A stretch of 61,771 nucleotides of DNA, the filler included, from Sphacelaria rigidula (lineage: Eukaryota): NCBI GenBank assembly GCA_964200075.2. It is 8 parts of 8 records of this genome, joined end to end, with 100 filler letters (N's around TTAATTAATTAA, not from the genome) between each part and the next. Parts side by side here need not be neighbours in the genome. Positions count along the whole stretch, not along the records: positions 1 to 7,634 come from CAXNAA020014007.1; positions 7,735 to 15,368 come from CAXNAA020014008.1; 6 more parts are not named here. The stretch is one strand, 5' to 3'. A program made the translations under genes and the position numbers. The notes under the pieces are model-generated. The model was given only the letters and a program-made list of their open reading frames with translations. It was not told where the DNA came from and did no database searches. Position 1 is the stretch's first letter. The number at the start of each line of letters is the position of its first letter. Of the stretch, positions 1 through 11,785 are shown piece by piece.

Positions 1-227
1 AACGATGGCTATACTAGGAGATAGATGGTGGCCAGAGACGGCGAAAAAGGACGAGGATAAGATATGTATAAGGTTTTGTGTAATGTATGGAAGAAACGTA
101 GTGAGCGCCGGAGTGTTGGAGGTGATTCTATTACGAGTAGGAACGGTGCTCCGTCTCGAATGGGATGCGTGATCAATGGTCACACGACTACGGCAAGCGG
201 CAAATGATCCCCCCCCCCCCCCCCCCC
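1..227 (+). mobile_element. 3' end of non-LTR retrotransposon (LINE family A), ORF2 C-terminus plus poly(C) tract
   Basis: Encodes TMAILGDRWWPETAKKDEDKIC..., near-identical to copies at 20808-21212 and 38671-39085; ends ...GGCAAATGAT followed by a C run at 209-227. Confidence 0.8.
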
Positions 228-1054
228 AACCCCCCCCAAAACCTAAAGGGGGGGGATGGGGGGCCCAAAAAACCAAGCCTTAGCGGCAAACTAAAAATAA
301 TGAAAAATTCCGCGGAATAATGAACACGTCAGTAGGCGCATGGTCACACCTGTGCCGAGGCCTTCACGAACAGAAAGCACGCTTCATCGCTTATGAACTT
401 GGTTTACTATGGAAAAGCTGCAGCCCCGGAGATCGCGCGGTTCTCGACACAGGAAGCAAGCCAGCCCATGGCACTTCACACACACACCGCATACACACAA
501 CGGCTAGGGAATCGGGTATCACATTTTGCCGGTGTCGCGACAGCGGGTCGGAAACCCCCCCTCAGACCGGGAAACACCTTGTTTCTGTACATTTGGGTTC
601 GCTGCGGCTTAGCATCACGCCCAAACGCACAAATGTAAGCAGATGACCTAGCTTGGGTGTGTAAGAAGCGCAGGCAAAAAACCGCAGTCCAATTCTCTGC
701 TTCGTTGCCGAGTTATAAGCGTTGTGCGATCAGCATTTTTGGGTTGAGGTTTAGTAACGTTATTCGAGGTCGAAGATAGCAATTCCATAAAAATGATGCG
801 CATGTTCTTTTTCTTGCCGCAAGCAAGGTATGACGACATGCAGTCATTGGTTACGTGCCGCTAGGCGCTGCTACTTTGTTCTGTGCAGCTGTGCACAAGA
901 GGCAATTTCGCCTTTCAACAGCGAGTATCCTCAAGTGTCGAATTGCAGACGTAAAGTCCACAGAGGAAAGACAAAGCTTGCGGCTGCTTCGTGTCAGGGC
1001 CCCAGTGCAGAAGCCAAGGCGTCTAGAGCGGTTTAAGTACGTGCAGTGCCTTAC

Positions 1055-1504
1055 TGTCAGGGATTTATTGGTCATTTTCCAGTCGACTAGGTACCATATG
1101 TCATACTTCGTCATGCTTGATACCTGATGGGTCATCCATTGTGTGGTGGAATTGGGCTATCTGTCCTCGTGTGTTACAACGTTTTGGACTGCCATCTCAA
1201 CTAGCTAAGCAGCAGTTAGCCTGTTTGCCCATGATACAAGAGCATCTACGTCGTCACGGACTGCGGTATCAGAGAGGTCTCTGGTCTTTTCACAATGTAA
1301 GCCTGACCTCCACGCAACATTCGTTGTTCTGACGTCTGAGCGGCTCACGGGTATGCCGCCCGACGCTGCGAACGTGGGTTGACTCCGCACTTGGTGAAAT
1401 CGAGCTCGACGAGTGTTTACAGTCGACCGTGTTTCGGCGCAACGGCCCAGGCGCCCATAAATTGGCAGCTTACACCCCCAGACGGTAAGTATCGAATCGT
1501 GACA
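1055..1504 (+). repeat. 5' LTR (450 bp), followed by putative PBS TGGTGTCCAATGCG
   Basis: Starts TGTCAGGGATTTATTGGTCATTTTCCAGTCGAC and ends TTACACCCCCAGACGGTAAGTATCGAATCGTGACA; both ends match 7202-7328. Confidence 0.85.
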
Positions 1505-2753
1505 TGGTGTCCAATGCGTGCTTGTGTAGAGTCAACCCCCGGCATGCTCCCAACACAAAATTTTGGAGGGGAGGTTCTTCTGGCGTATGAATCTGGTCCG
1601 GGAAACTGTTACTCATTTTATATAGAGTAAATAGTGTGCCTGTCCACACTTTGCCGTTTCCACCGCATATCTTGGCTGCAAAGCATCACTTCATTTTGTA
1701 CAATTATGAGCTAGACAGAGTGCTTTTGAAGTTACAACTGGGTGTCACTGATATGTTTGCATTTACAGTGTACTATGATGGTATGCTGCTTCGGCTCTTC
1801 GCACTCTTCTATTCTGTCGTCTACTTATCATACGCACGTTGAGCATAAAGAGTTGAGCATGGGCCATATAGTTTGTTTTTGTCCATAGTGGCCTGTGTTC
1901 CTCCCTGGTTTTGCCCCGTGGTGCTCCGCATCCCCGCCCGCCGCAAATTTATACTCATGCTTGAACAGATCATAGTCGCGTCGCGCCCTACGATGTGACG
2001 GAGGTAATCAGACGTTCAAAGCACAATGACCCAAGCCTATATAAAACCGAATGAATGGCAAAAAACCGTCGCACGAGCACATCCGAACCAGCCCACCGGA
2101 ACGCGCTACAACTCGGCGAAATCCCGTACTTTTGAACGTGCTAGAATACTCCGGGCTGCGCGATGGACTGCCACACTTCAGGGCATCTCGGAGCTGCCGG
2201 GCCGCTGCCGTTTTGCTGTCCCGCTGCCCTCTGCTGTTGCTGTTCGCGCTGCCGCACCGCCGTTGCGCTGTTGTTTGTTGGTGCCGTGCCGGTGTTGCGT
2301 TGCCCTTATTGCTGTGCTGCTGCTGCTCGACGCACTAGTAACAGTGTGTTCGTGAGATTGAGAGTGAAAAGCGATCAACTGGTAAATGAATCGTTTCAGT
2401 TCCGAAATGCCCCTCCCCGAGGCCCAATATACTTTCCGCAGTAGCTTGTCGCTGAGGCCCCCGACATCCCTGAGTAGAATATCGACGTGTAGCTGTAAGC
2501 ACACGCCAGTGATAGAGACAAAGAAAAGCCCGCACGGAATGAAAAATTGGCTAAGTTACAGCGAATCATCAAAGCCACTCTCAATCAGCGCTCTACTCTC
2601 AACCTCACGAAAACGTTGTTTTGGTGTGCTGTTGCTACCTGCCGTTGTTGTGTTTTCTACGCGCGGCTGTGTTTTCGTTACTGCTGCTGCATGCCTCTGC
2701 TGCCTTCGTTGTTCGTTATTGTTGATGCTACTGCCGCTATCGTTCTCCTGTAC

Positions 2754-2754
<1 letters not shown>

Positions 2755-2847
<93 letters not shown>

Positions 2848-2903
2848 GCTGCTGCTGTTGCTGCTGCTGTTGCTGTTGCTGCTGCTGTGTTGCTGCTGCT
2901 GCT
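2755..2903 (+). repeat. (GTT)31 microsatellite grading into mixed GCT/GTT
   Basis: Perfect GTT run 2755-2847, then GCT/GTT mix; source of the poly-V/C/L/Q ORFs. Confidence 0.97.
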
Positions 2904-4189
2904 ATTTTCACCTTGCTTTCCGCTACCCTGGTTTTCTGCTGTTGTCCCGCTTGTTGTGTTGTTATTCTTGCCTTTACTGCCTACTGCCGGCTGTACTTTT
3001 CTCGCTTGCTATCGCATCGCATGTTGTCATATGCACGCATATTTTCCGCCCTCATGTTTCCATCGTTTTTTACCATGCCTTGATTTGAACGCACAGTTTT
3101 TGTCATTATCGCCTGCATTGTAATGCCTTCGCCTGAACTACACCTCTCGCCCATAATATCACCGCTGTACCTAACCAGCAATGATCATGTTTCTTCTCGT
3201 ATTCTCCATATTATTTCGGTCTCCATATTAAAGTGGGACAATCAACCCACCATGATCAGTATGTGTTTGTTTCCGGGGTTGCGTTTTTATTGTGACCATG
3301 GGGATTTATGAAATGCAGGTGGGGTAAAGCTTCCAATTTGTTTTGGTCTTGTTTTTCTTTCATACTTATGTTTTCTGGGTCTCCGGGTGTCGTGTCTACC
3401 GTAACTGTCTTTTGAGCCTCCCGATTGTATTTTGAGCGTTTTATAACTTTCGCTGCCATCGTCTTGCTCTGTAGAGCTGCCCTTTTTTCCAGTTTTTGTT
3501 CTGCTGGTTTTGTATTGTGTTTGGCGCTCGTGGAACTCCAAGACTTCCAACATATACTAACCATGCCCTCTATTATTTCCGCCCTTGTTTCACCTACACT
3601 CTTGTCCTGGGTATGTAGCATTCTGATGAGGGAACCGGCGCTGAAGGACACGCACGAAACACTGAACGGTTTGCCAGTGACGGTATGTTCCGGCGTGGAG
3701 TGTCAGCAACTTGGCTTGGTTTCGCTAATCTCGTATACCCTTTTATAGCATTCTGGTAGCATGGTCATTACCTTGTATGGTTTGTTATTCACCAAGTTGA
3801 CTTCGTGACGCACCCTGTACCGTAGTCGTATACTACCTTGTTTCTTCACGGTACCGTAGTTGGATACTCCTTTGTTCAGCTGCTCCAAACTTGGTGTTCG
3901 ATATCATGCAGCCACTTATCTCCCCATGCATTGTCTTGCCATTACTTGTGCAGTACTACGCAGACTTCTGTAGTTTCCCTACTGTACATTTTTGCCCTTC
4001 ATGCCCAGCGTACCATGCAAGTTGACTGTGCGACTATGGATCTTGTCTTTGACGGTTCTTACAGGCCCTACATATAGTTTTCAGACACTTATTTCGCTGA
4101 TGTGGTCGCTGAAACCCCTTGAGGGGGGCGAAGTACGAGTTTCAACTGTTTCGCTGGTTGTTGTACCGCGTGCACACCCTCTGCCACAA

Positions 4190-4530
4190 AACAAAGCGGT
4201 TTCCCACCAGAAGAACGCCGAATGATCAGAAAAGAAATTCATAAGATTCTTGACCGAGGTGTTGCTCATCCCTCAACTTTCCCCTGTAACGTTTGTTGAG
4301 TACACGATTTTACTTTTGGTAAATTTCGCCAAATGCGTCAAAAGTTCCTTAGCCTGTTGATCGGTAATACCGGCATACAATCAGCCCCCTCCAAACGCAA
4401 CGCAATTGCTCAGATGTCACGTCCACACACAGTCGAAGAACTACGTTCGTTTCTAGACCCACCGGGTACCTTAGACAGTTTGTCCAGAAGCGTAGCATTC
4501 TGATCGCCCCGCTGACCGATATTCTGAACA
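4190..4530 (+). pseudogene. Gypsy pol remnant (RT N-terminus and RT/RNase H connector), frameshifted
   Basis: Manual translation gives ...EERRMIRKEIHKILDRGVAHPST... and ...NAIAQMSRPHTVEELRSFL/TGYLRQFVQKRSILIAPLTDILN, typical Ty3/Gypsy motifs. Confidence 0.8.
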
Positions 4531-4955
4531 AGTAGGAACGCTAACAACGTTTTACACGATATAGGTAAACGCACGCTCTCCTTTCGCTGTCAAACTTATA
4601 TGCCGTACAAGTGCAGCAAGACTTCACTACCACAGTCCGGTCGTCTCATAATGGCTTGGGTATAAGATATGGCATACGAACTGGAGACTCGCCCAACAAC
4701 CATCAATGTGCAACTCATGCGTGTGAGGTCATGCTTCTTGTCATTTTCTGTGTTTTGTCTCCGTGTATTTAGTACATCGCATCTCATTATTATATTTTAT
4801 CCGGCATGCCTTGTTTATGATATTTTCTCCATGATTACGTCTACAGTTTTACAGGATTCGAGGAATTGGGGAGACGGCTGCTGAAATGTTTACGGAGCTG
4901 TACAAATCTTGGCCTCAGAGGTGGAGTGAGTACGTTTCACCCACACTCTTGGGCA

Positions 4956-5204
4956 GACTGCTGTCGAGATAGCCCCCCCCAAAAACCGGCCGAAAACGTG
5001 CACGGAGGCGATGATCATAACTGCCGTTAAAGCTGGCTTCGTGCTGCACGACGCGACTGATTTGGGCATTATAGCTGATTTCAGACTGCTACACGCCTCT
5101 CATGTGGGCGGAATTGCTGCAAACAAGCACAATAGTGGGATCGCACCCGGTTCGTTGGATGGTGCCGGTGCACTTTTTGTGGGGGGGCTATCTCGGCATT
5201 AGCC
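4956..5204. mobile_element. MITE (about 249 bp) with about 23-bp TIRs and 4-bp TSD GGCA
   Basis: GACTGCTGTCGAGATAGCCCCCC...GGGGGGCTATCTCGGCATTAGCC; GGCA at 4952-4955 and 5205-5208; second copy at 51836-52082. Confidence 0.85.
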
Positions 5205-5268
5205 GGCAACCGCACCCTACCCGACGACCCGACGCCATGCTACCGTCTGACACGTTTTCATGACTTCG

Positions 5269-5330
5269 TGGGGGGGGGGGGCATACTCGTTTGTTTCGAG
5301 CTCTGGACTGGCCATGAACATCGCGCACAT
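5269..5330 (-). mobile_element. LINE 3' end, subfamily B (...GCTCGAAACAAACGAGTATG + C tract)
   Basis: Same terminal motif as family A, followed by a C run on the minus strand. Confidence 0.6.
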
Positions 5331-5581
5331 ACCACAGCTGTCTCAAAAGTAAGAAGTTCCTTCCGTATCCGCCCACCCCATCTGAAACACTCCATACCCG
5401 AAGTGTTTGCGTCCCACGTGGGGGGGGGGGAACAAACTGGAGCGCTACACCCACATTCCACCTGACCCCTGCACTTGTCCCCGTGTTGGATTGCATTGCC
5501 TGAATTCGTCACCGTGTTAGATTGTCGAGAACTCCACGTTGTTCAGGCACTGTCGGGCGGGGGAAAAGGGAAGACTTCAAA

Positions 5582-5992
5582 GGGGCGGGCGGCGTACTCA
5601 TTTGTTTCGAGCATCCAAGTGAGTTCCTTAGCTGTTGTCATTTGTACTGTTCCCAACTCTTTCACCAACTTCACAGCATCCAAGTATTCTCTGAGCTGTT
5701 GCAATCTGTACTGTTTCCAACTCCTTCAATAACTTTAGGGGCGTACTCATTTGTTTCGAGCATCCAAGTAATTTCCTTAGCTGCTGTCATCTATACTGTT
5801 TCCAACTCCTTCACCAATTTCACTGCATCCAAGCATTCTCTGAGCTGTTGCAATCTATACTGTTTCCAACTCCTTCACTAATTTTATTGCGTCCAAGTAT
5901 TATTTTAGCTGCTGCCATCTGCACTGTTTCCGCATCAAATTACTCTCTTAGCTGTGCCAGCTGAACCGTTTCCAATTTCTTCATCAACTTCA
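5582..5992 (-). repeat. Tandem array of about 65-bp units derived from LINE ORF2, interleaved with two LINE 3' termini
   Basis: GCATCCAAG-type unit starts at 5611, 5676, 5760, 5825, 5889 and 5932; the minus strand reads approximately KLVKELETVQ(M/I)AAAK..LG; GGCGTACTCATTTGTTTCGA occurs at about 5591 and 5740. Confidence 0.8.
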
Positions 5993-6255
5993 CCCCTTGC
6001 TTTGATGTGTCTAATGCTAAGATCAGGTCATCAATGAATACCTCGAGTAACGTGAGTGATAACATACATCCTGGTGCAACTCCTTGCAAAATATCAAAAT
6101 ATTTCGATATTTCCCCGTCTAGCATCATCGCACTTTTGGCGTATTTCTGTCATCTTCACCATCGTCCACACCTTTCCTTTGATCCCAGTTCCCCATATAT
6201 TTTCCCACAACCTATTATTGCTTCATACTGCGTCATGAGCCTTTCACGCCTGTAT
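5993..6255 (-). pseudogene. LINE reverse transcriptase remnant
   Basis: KAHDAV...LWENIWGTGIKGKVW...MMLDGEISKYFDILQGVAPGCMLSLTLLEVFIDDLI matches non-LTR RT motifs (KAYD; QG..QG..LSP.LF). Confidence 0.85.
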
Positions 6256-7201
6256 CACCCCACAGTTTCTTCGACCCTGCCATCGCACTCGAAGCGCCCC
6301 GCTCCCCCATGTAGTAGTGCCTTGAAGCTTTTGCTCGTGGGTGCTACCTCCTGGAAAGGCTAGAGCAGTACCAACCTGAAGCGCCAAGTGTATGGTTATG
6401 GGAATCGCTTTCGGCGAGTACGATATGAAGATGGAGACTGGAAAGAGTTATTTCGCCGGGAACTCGAGCGCCCCAAGCTGGAACGGAGGAACCGAAGATA
6501 GACTGCAGCTATCGACGTTTACGAGTAGCTGTTGTGTGATGTGGTATATGATATCCGTGCGAGAGGAATGCGGTAATGAAATACGTGAATAAGTAGCTAT
6601 ATATCGCTGGTACCGTACATTTCAGTCTTGAATTTCGAGTGTTCCTGTCTTTTTCTTTTGTCGCTTTGTTATTGATTGCTCCCCATTTGGTAACATACGG
6701 GTACATGTGTGAGCCAAGGCGCGTGGGCTCTATTTCCAGTAGAATAGGCGTCAGTAGTTACAGAAGAGCACCCCTCAAAAGCTGCACTCTTGTAACTATT
6801 GATCAAGTCGTGTATAGGTTGTACTTCGCGAGGTTCAAGCCGTACACTACCCCAGAATCCAGTGTAACTGATCCGGGGTGTCGATGCGCGATTAAGCTAA
6901 CTAGCCAATCGTTCTCCAGTCTGACTGAGGTCCCGGAAAAACGACAGCAACCGTATTTGTCTGCTGTTGTTTCTGTCATTGGAAAGGGCGCTATAGGATG
7001 TTTTCCTTTCCTAACGGATGGAGTTTTCCCCTGATTAGCAGGGTTTACCTATCCATCACATATCGAGTTTTCCCCCTCACTGTAATTATTCAGGTTTTCC
7101 TCGTTTCACCTTTCGGCGTTGATGCACAAGCTTCGTTCTTTTTTCGGCCCCTCCAGCCCATAAATCCTTTTGGTTTAGCCTTATGAATAAGGCTGGCGGC
7201 G

Positions 7202-7328
7202 TGTCACGGATTTATTGGTCATTTTCCAGTCGACGGATCGATACACTTGACTGTGTTTTGGCGCGACGGCCCACGTGCCCACGAACTGACACCTTACACC
7301 CCCAGACGATAGGTATCGAACCGTGACA
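7202..7328 (+). repeat. 3' LTR with large internal deletion (127 bp)
   Basis: TGTCACGG...CCGTGACA 8-bp inverted termini; matches both ends of 1055-1504. Confidence 0.85.
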
Positions 7329-7634
7329 TTACATCTGCTGGCGACTATGATCATCTATTGTCTGTATCTACTCATACAAGAATGAGATCCAAACTATGCG
7401 ACGCTCGACAAGCTTCGTTTTGGGCTGCGTGTTTTTTTTCTTGCGGCGAGCGATGTATGTGTGACGACATTGTACTTTGTGGCGTGCCACTAGGTGCTGC
7501 TTTGTTCTGTACGACTGTGCATGAAGGTCAAATTCGCCTTTCAACAGCAAGTACACTTCATGAAGAGCAATGCTACGGTAGGGGTGCACTTTTTTCGCGA
7601 AATTATGTCTAGTTCAGGGGCTCCTAATGATTCT

Positions 7635-7734
7635 NNNNNNNNNNNNNNNNNNNNNNNNNNNNNNNNNNNNNNNNNNNNTTAATTAATTAANNNNNNNNNN
7701 NNNNNNNNNNNNNNNNNNNNNNNNNNNNNNNNNN
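7635..7734. other. Artificial contig-joining linker
   Basis: 44 N + TTAATTAATTAA (stops in all six frames) + 44 N. Confidence 0.98.
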
Positions 7735-10700
7735 TTCAAGACAGTGTGTTAGATTCTGGGGATGAGGAGGAGGAGGGCGGGGGGGGGGGGGGGGGGGGGG
7801 GGGGCGTACAGACGAAACAAAAAAAAACAAAGAAGACAAGGTTATGGAACGAAACCAATGTTTAGATTCCCCAAATTCTGAACGGACCCCAAAAAGTGCC
7901 AAATTCGGGCCAAGCGCTCAGAATTCGGGGACGCTTGATGACCTGTTCGGAATCTGTCACAAGAAGTGAAATGGGGCATGTAATGTTTTACTATACTCCA
8001 GCACACACAGACTGGTTCTCTCATGTGCTGCATCTATCACTGCACAATCGTGTGTTTAGACCCACTTTTATGGCAACGAATCTCGATGTTTTTGGGATCC
8101 CGATTTTGATACAATCGGTGGGACTCAAAATCGGGGTGACCGTTTTATGGTACAGACAGCACAGTCTCACAGATTTGTAAAGCTCGTTCTGTACACGGAC
8201 GGTCATTTTCTGCATGAGTGTAGTACTGCGTACTCGTGCATGAAGCCGAAGAGCAGGCAGGAGGTAAACAATCGTTCGAGTGCGGTGTCGTAACTTGGTA
8301 CCCTAGGGTAACACAGTGCAGGACACTACATCAGTACAGTACGTGATAATGCCGTGTGGTGGTACAGGATGGCACAGGCGGTATTGCGAGAACAGAGAAT
8401 AAACAGTGCGCGAGTAGAGTTCAGTAGTGCAGTGCCGTACATCACCCCTCAAGTACAGTGACAACAGCCAGGAGAGTACAGTAGCGTTCGTTATAGTGAT
8501 ACATATGGCAGCGCAGCGCAGCATAGAACATCACCATCGCCACAGGGTACGGCGTCAGCACTTATTATCCGTCTGTCAAACCCCATGCGAAGTTTCTTCA
8601 GCAGCTGGGGCGGGCAGTAGGCACGCTCTGTGCTGTCAAGAGACTATCTTCTGCTGCCGTTGCAAAAATGACAAAAGCCTCGTACTCTGGCATTGTACGT
8701 CAATGCACGTACGTCACCTCAAAAACATCGGTGGGAGTCATGATCTCGGAACGATTTCAAACCGTTCCAAGAACGTGACTCCCTGGTTTTTTGTGTCACC
8801 GATTTGGTCCAAATCCGTGTCCATGAAATGCGTTCCCCCATTTTTTCCCCCCCGATGCTCGAGAAACCGACATTCGCGCCTGCCATAAAAGCGGGTCTTA
8901 GACCTTGCCAAAACTCTCTAGTCTCTGCTGGGACTACCTGAGCTGCTGCACTACCATTGTGTACGAACATTTGCTGTCGGCAGGCAAGTGCTGCCTTTGT
9001 CGAAGTTGAAAATTCTCTACAGTATGTGTTTGTTGGGTGTTGTGTCTTTTGCAACGAACAAGGTCCTTGGTGCGCAGAGTCAGCATTCCTGTCCTGTAGC
9101 TGACAGGTGGTGTGGTGCCCTGCAAAGACGGTTTGATCTGCGCTGAGGGTAGCCTGAACTGCACTACTGTTGTTGTGTCCCGGTCAGTACACAAGTCTAG
9201 ACACTGCCGAAAGCGCCACCATCATGGTGTGTTGGATGCGTTGTGTCGTTTGTAAAACAACAACGCAATTTGTGCCCACGTCCATCACTTCCATGCTGTA
9301 GTTGTCAAAATGCTGTTGACACAAAGTTGGAAAATGCACGTGACGACTGCGCAGCCGTCATGTCTTCTGTCGGTGCCGTTGTAGAGGTGCACAACTCCCA
9401 GGTCATGCCAATTCCAATATAAATGTGCAACTCCAACTTTGTTCCATAAAAGTGTGTTTTTATCCCCGTTCAGAGTCGTGGCAGAGAAGGAACGCGTTTG
9501 AAATTCTTGATTTTTTTGTTTTGCACGGCTCCCATTAGAGTTGGCCTGAGACACGCCCCCACAATGATTAATTGAAGAATTACGAATTTTTGTGAGGATG
9601 AGAAGTGGCACCAAGCGTTCGCCTCTTGTTTTCCATTCCATAACTGCGCAGCCACTACCCCTTTACAGGATAGAGCTTATTGCAAGACTAGTGACGAGAT
9701 CACGGTCAAAATCACCGCGTCGTAAGGAAGGTGGCTAGTGAAGTGCCCCCCTCCACCCCCCCTCTCTCCGTCTCGAAAGGAATGTATGGTCAATGCTCAA
9801 ACAGTGTTGTTCCTTTTCGATAATATGGAGGCTGTGTTTTCGAAAGTTAGACGCCAAGAAAATCCGTACCTCGCTTGTGATGACGCCAAAACTTGGAGGA
9901 TGTGTTGATTGGTACTACAGCAAGGTGTCGGAGCCGCAGCCGTGGTTGCACAAGGCGCTCAGGGCCCGGTCTGCATTGAAACAGTGGATACCATTCTCAC
10001 CAGATTCTATTTTTATTTGCCACCTCCTGTCTGATTGCGATTATAGTATGTAAAATTCGGTCAGGCTCGCAGACCGCAACGGATCCTTCCGGCGTCATCG
10101 TCAATCTTCGCCCAGTTAGGGATGAACGCTCGCAGAAAACCAGAGAAGAGGCAGCATTTAGGTCCCACCATATATGTGAGGGTCCAAGCTGAACAATTGC
10201 CGGTCCGGAAAGCTCGACACGTCAAGGCTTCTCTCACGCGACCGCTTCGTTCTGCCATGAACCCTTCCCCACGACAATTTCTACGATAGCCCGTCCCAAA
10301 ACCAGCCCAAAAGTGTCACGAAAACAATGGCCATACAGCGCCTGATCTTTGGGTTCAGGCTGCATGAAGCGCCTTATATTGGCAACATTGNNNNNNNNNC
10401 TGGTCGTTGTGCTCGGCTTTTCCCTTTTCGTTTTACGTGAAGATTTTGCCTCCCAAGACCATGCACTTTTGGGGGGGGGGCTATCGTAAAAAGTTTCCCA
10501 CGTACTCGACAAGTAGGCAACATCCCCGTACAGACAGTAGCAATGCTATCGGATACAAGGTCCTGACAGTGTGGCAGCCGGAAAGGTAGTTATGGTAGTG
10601 TCCTTCTAGCGATATCAACTTACAGTGCACTGGAGCAGAGTTTGCAGGTGAATAATTTGGCGATTGCCTCATCTACAGTTCGCCCAGGTGTTGGCGGATT

Positions 10701-11785
10701 TTTTCACGATCTCACAGAGTACCATTATTCGTGGAAATGTACCAGACCCTGGACCAAGAGTTCTACGGTCAGTACGAACACAATGATAAACGTGTATTGC
10801 GCACAGTATAAAATATATTGCCGACTATAATTTGTGTAATACTAATACTCGTACTCTAAGTCGGTAACTGCAACGTTAAAATCTCGGGACAACTGTGTGT
10901 AAAAATCTCCAGGGTGTGAAATTCTACAGGCGGCTTTCGCGCCGTAGCGGCTGTGTAGCCATACAGCCTCGCCCAAGATACAGGCAGCCATTACAGCAGC
11001 GGAGGCGGCCTTTCACTCGTGCGTGCGCCACGAGGGGGTGATACGCCGCGTTCACGTTGGCCGCAGATACGAGCGGTTGCGTTCATGATGTGGCAAACTG
11101 CATAGGACAGTGCGAAGTCAATGCAGCACAGAGATAGGCTGAGGATGTGACGTACTGTGGGGTGCTTTGTCACCGTGCACCCTGCCGCTGTGCAGTGAGC
11201 AAGTAGTACCGCCCAAGGCGTCACGCTGCGGTTGGTATGCAGCGTCGAACACAGCAGCAAACAGCATATGTATGGTACAAGCATGTGTATTTCAGCACCG
11301 ATGTGCACAGAGTGGGGCCTGCATGTAGAGAACCCTGCACCAACTTTGGCCTGTTCTAGCGGATACAGGCATCTTTTCAGCAAAAACCGCTTGCGAAATG
11401 TGCTGTAACGAATCTCGTGCCTCATGCTGCTTTCTCCCATGTGGAGCATCGCCCGTGAAGCGAGCTGTTGAAGCTGACAGTGCCTAACCCTCTTGCCACG
11501 ATGACCTCCTGTCTGAGCTCGAGATAATTGAAACCGCGGAATATTACTTCATCTTGTAGAACGTACGCGTCACCGTGACAAAAGCTTCCATATTATCGAA
11601 AAGGAAAAGCACTGCAAAGGACTGAGGCAAGCAACAAACTAGCGCCCCCCCCCCATCCTCACCCCCTCGCCGCCGCTGTCATTGTGATCTACTTATCCAT
11701 ACAAGCTCCAGTGAAAGAAAGCATACATGTTTATCGCGAAACCCTCCGCTCGCCAACCCGCGACATTGCGGCGAGTGCTTTTCAG

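Larger units (their letters stand above)
1055..7328 (+). mobile_element. Full-length but degenerate Ty3/Gypsy LTR retrotransposon with nested insertions
   Basis: Paired LTRs (1055-1504, 7202-7328) with TGTCA...TGACA termini; 4-bp TSD TTAC at 1051-1054 and 7329-7332; TGG-initiated putative PBS at 1505; RT remnants at about 4190-4530. Confidence 0.85.

Noticed and set aside
228..320. Homopolymer-rich sequence after the poly(C)
   Set aside because: Looks like low-quality base calls following a homopolymer
2386..3123. Long ORFs with poly-V, poly-C, poly-L or poly-Q
   Set aside because: Read-through of the (GTT)n microsatellite; no domain or splice support
5611..5992. CRISPR-like periodic array
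   Set aside because: No unique spacers; whole units are homologous and derive from LINE ORF2; eukaryotic context with no cas genes
7679..7690. Recurring TTAATTAATTAA as a biological motif
   Set aside because: Always centred in an 88-N pad at exact 7734-bp spacing, so it is an artificial linker
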